Below are positions 62,653-64,000 of a DNA stretch of 64,000 bases, one piece after another. Position 1 is the stretch's first letter. Each line of letters opens with the position of its first letter. Made by a program: the position numbers and the translations under genes. Origin of the DNA: Octopus vulgaris (Eukaryota); the NCBI GenBank assembly GCA_951406725.2, contig OX597816.1:79422001-79486000 (forward strand). Direction: 5' to 3'. The notes below the pieces were generated by a model. It searched no databases, was not told the origin of the DNA, and saw only the letters and a list, made by a program, of their open reading frames with translations.

Positions 62653-62684
62653 TTAGTATGTGAAAGCACGTGGTTGGATGTATA

Positions 62685-64000
62685 AAAGACAAAAAAGGGT
62701 GGAAAAACTACAGAAGGCTTGTGTTATATGGTTAAAGAATATATTTAAACCGTTATGTTAGAAAATTGTTATGAAATTTTGCGTATAGTAACATAGTTTT
62801 TGAAGAAATAACCGGTTTCGCATTTTCTTTTCAAATTTCTCAAATTTTTTTACCTATATCGTGTCATGTCTTTGCTATGTTGTGAAATATGGAGTTCCAG
62901 GCAGGGGAAGGTAATCAGGGATTTTTCCGGTATAAGAGAGATAATCAAAAATGTTGGGAATGACTAGGCTTGATTAATTTAACATGATTTGGTTTAGAAG
63001 GAATAGAATATTACAAGTGGTTAGGTTTTGCTTTATATTTTTTCAATGAGGTGAGCTTCCTTATTTAAAAAAAGTTAGAAATGGATAAAGTTTGGCTTAT
63101 ATTTTTCAATGAAGAAGGTTTCCTCATTTAATCTAACTTGTGTTGGTGTTCCAAAGGTACATTGATAGAATAGAAATATTACAAATTGTGGTAGCAGTTG
63201 CTTTGCGCATTTCTCAATATGTTCACTAAAGGGTATCATTCTGTATTCTGGGAATGCAATCTGCTGTCGATGCAGAGTGTATCTGCGTCTGAGCGATAAT
63301 CCCGAGGACCCTATGTAGTTTTGGTGGCAGCCCGAGCATCTAATGACATAAATCAGGTGTTCTGAAGCACAAGTAAAGTCAGATTTGATTTTGAACTTTT
63401 GTCCCTCTTTGAAAAGGAATTCTGATCCTTCTAAAAGGTTTGGGCATGTTGCGCAATTTAGTCTACCACATTTATTAAACTTTTGCATCCGTTATTTTAG
63501 AAAATAATTTTGCCTTTGTGAGGATCTTTTTTAGTATTTTCGGTTGTTTGTAGCTTTTAATGATTTTATGTATGTGTAAAATTTCCTTCAATTTGGGGTC
63601 CTTATGTAGCATTGGTAAATTTTGGGTGATGATGATGAAGGCTTCTTTGTTTCTAGGATTGTATGTGGATATGTACGGCAGTATTTACGTGGAAGGTGTG
63701 TTGCTGTGTTGAACTTTTCTTAAGGTTTCTATGTCGATTTGTGTTGCACGTCTGATTCCGTCCTCTATGAGTTGAACTGGGCAGTGGAACTCCATATTTC
63801 ACAACACAGCGAAGACATGACACGATGTAGGTAAAGAAATTTGAGAAAATTAAAAAGAACATACGAAACCGGTTATTTCTCCAAAAACTATGTTACTATA
63901 CGCAAAATTTTCTAACAGTTTTCTAACATGATGATTTAAATATATTCTTTAACCATGTAACACAAGCCTTCTGTAGTTTTTTCCACACTTTTTTGTCTTT
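62685..64000 (-). mobile_element. Penelope-like element: GIY-YIG fragment (63075-63488) flanked by ~215-bp inverted repeats
   Basis: CATCP...FTCASEHLIYVIRCSGCHQNYIGSS...RYTLH. Arms 62685-62898 and 63787-64000 are inverted. Confidence 0.85.

Overview
Eukaryotic, AT-rich, repeat-dense DNA. The SINE, LINE and microsatellite landscape resembles octopus/coleoid cephalopod genomes (inference). The only host genes I can support are three tandem, + strand, intron-containing cytosolic sulfotransferase (SULT, Sulfotransfer_1 fold) paralogs. Gene A (8524-21441, 5 coding exons, 309 aa) and gene B (28741-38046, 5 exons, 312 aa) are complete. Gene C (51541->61720) shows 4 exons, with the last presumably beyond the window. 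Scrambled fragments of a further SULT 5' end lie in the first 5 kb. All three ORFs splice in frame, yet all replace key PAPS-binding residues (PSB-loop Lys to Gly/Ala; RKGxxG to HSGKVD), so this may be a pseudo-enzyme or altered-chemistry SULT family. The rest is transposon debris: mariner elements of three types, a pogo element with a PHD finger, Helitrons, R4/Dong-like and RTE LINEs, Penelope-like elements with inverted terminal repeats, SINEs and microsatellites. One Penelope repeat carries an apparently intact type I hammerhead ribozyme on the sense strand of gene B intron 1 (30720-30794). Most ORFs in the supplied track are microsatellite or TE artefacts. All alignments were done by eye, so repeat boundaries are approximate.
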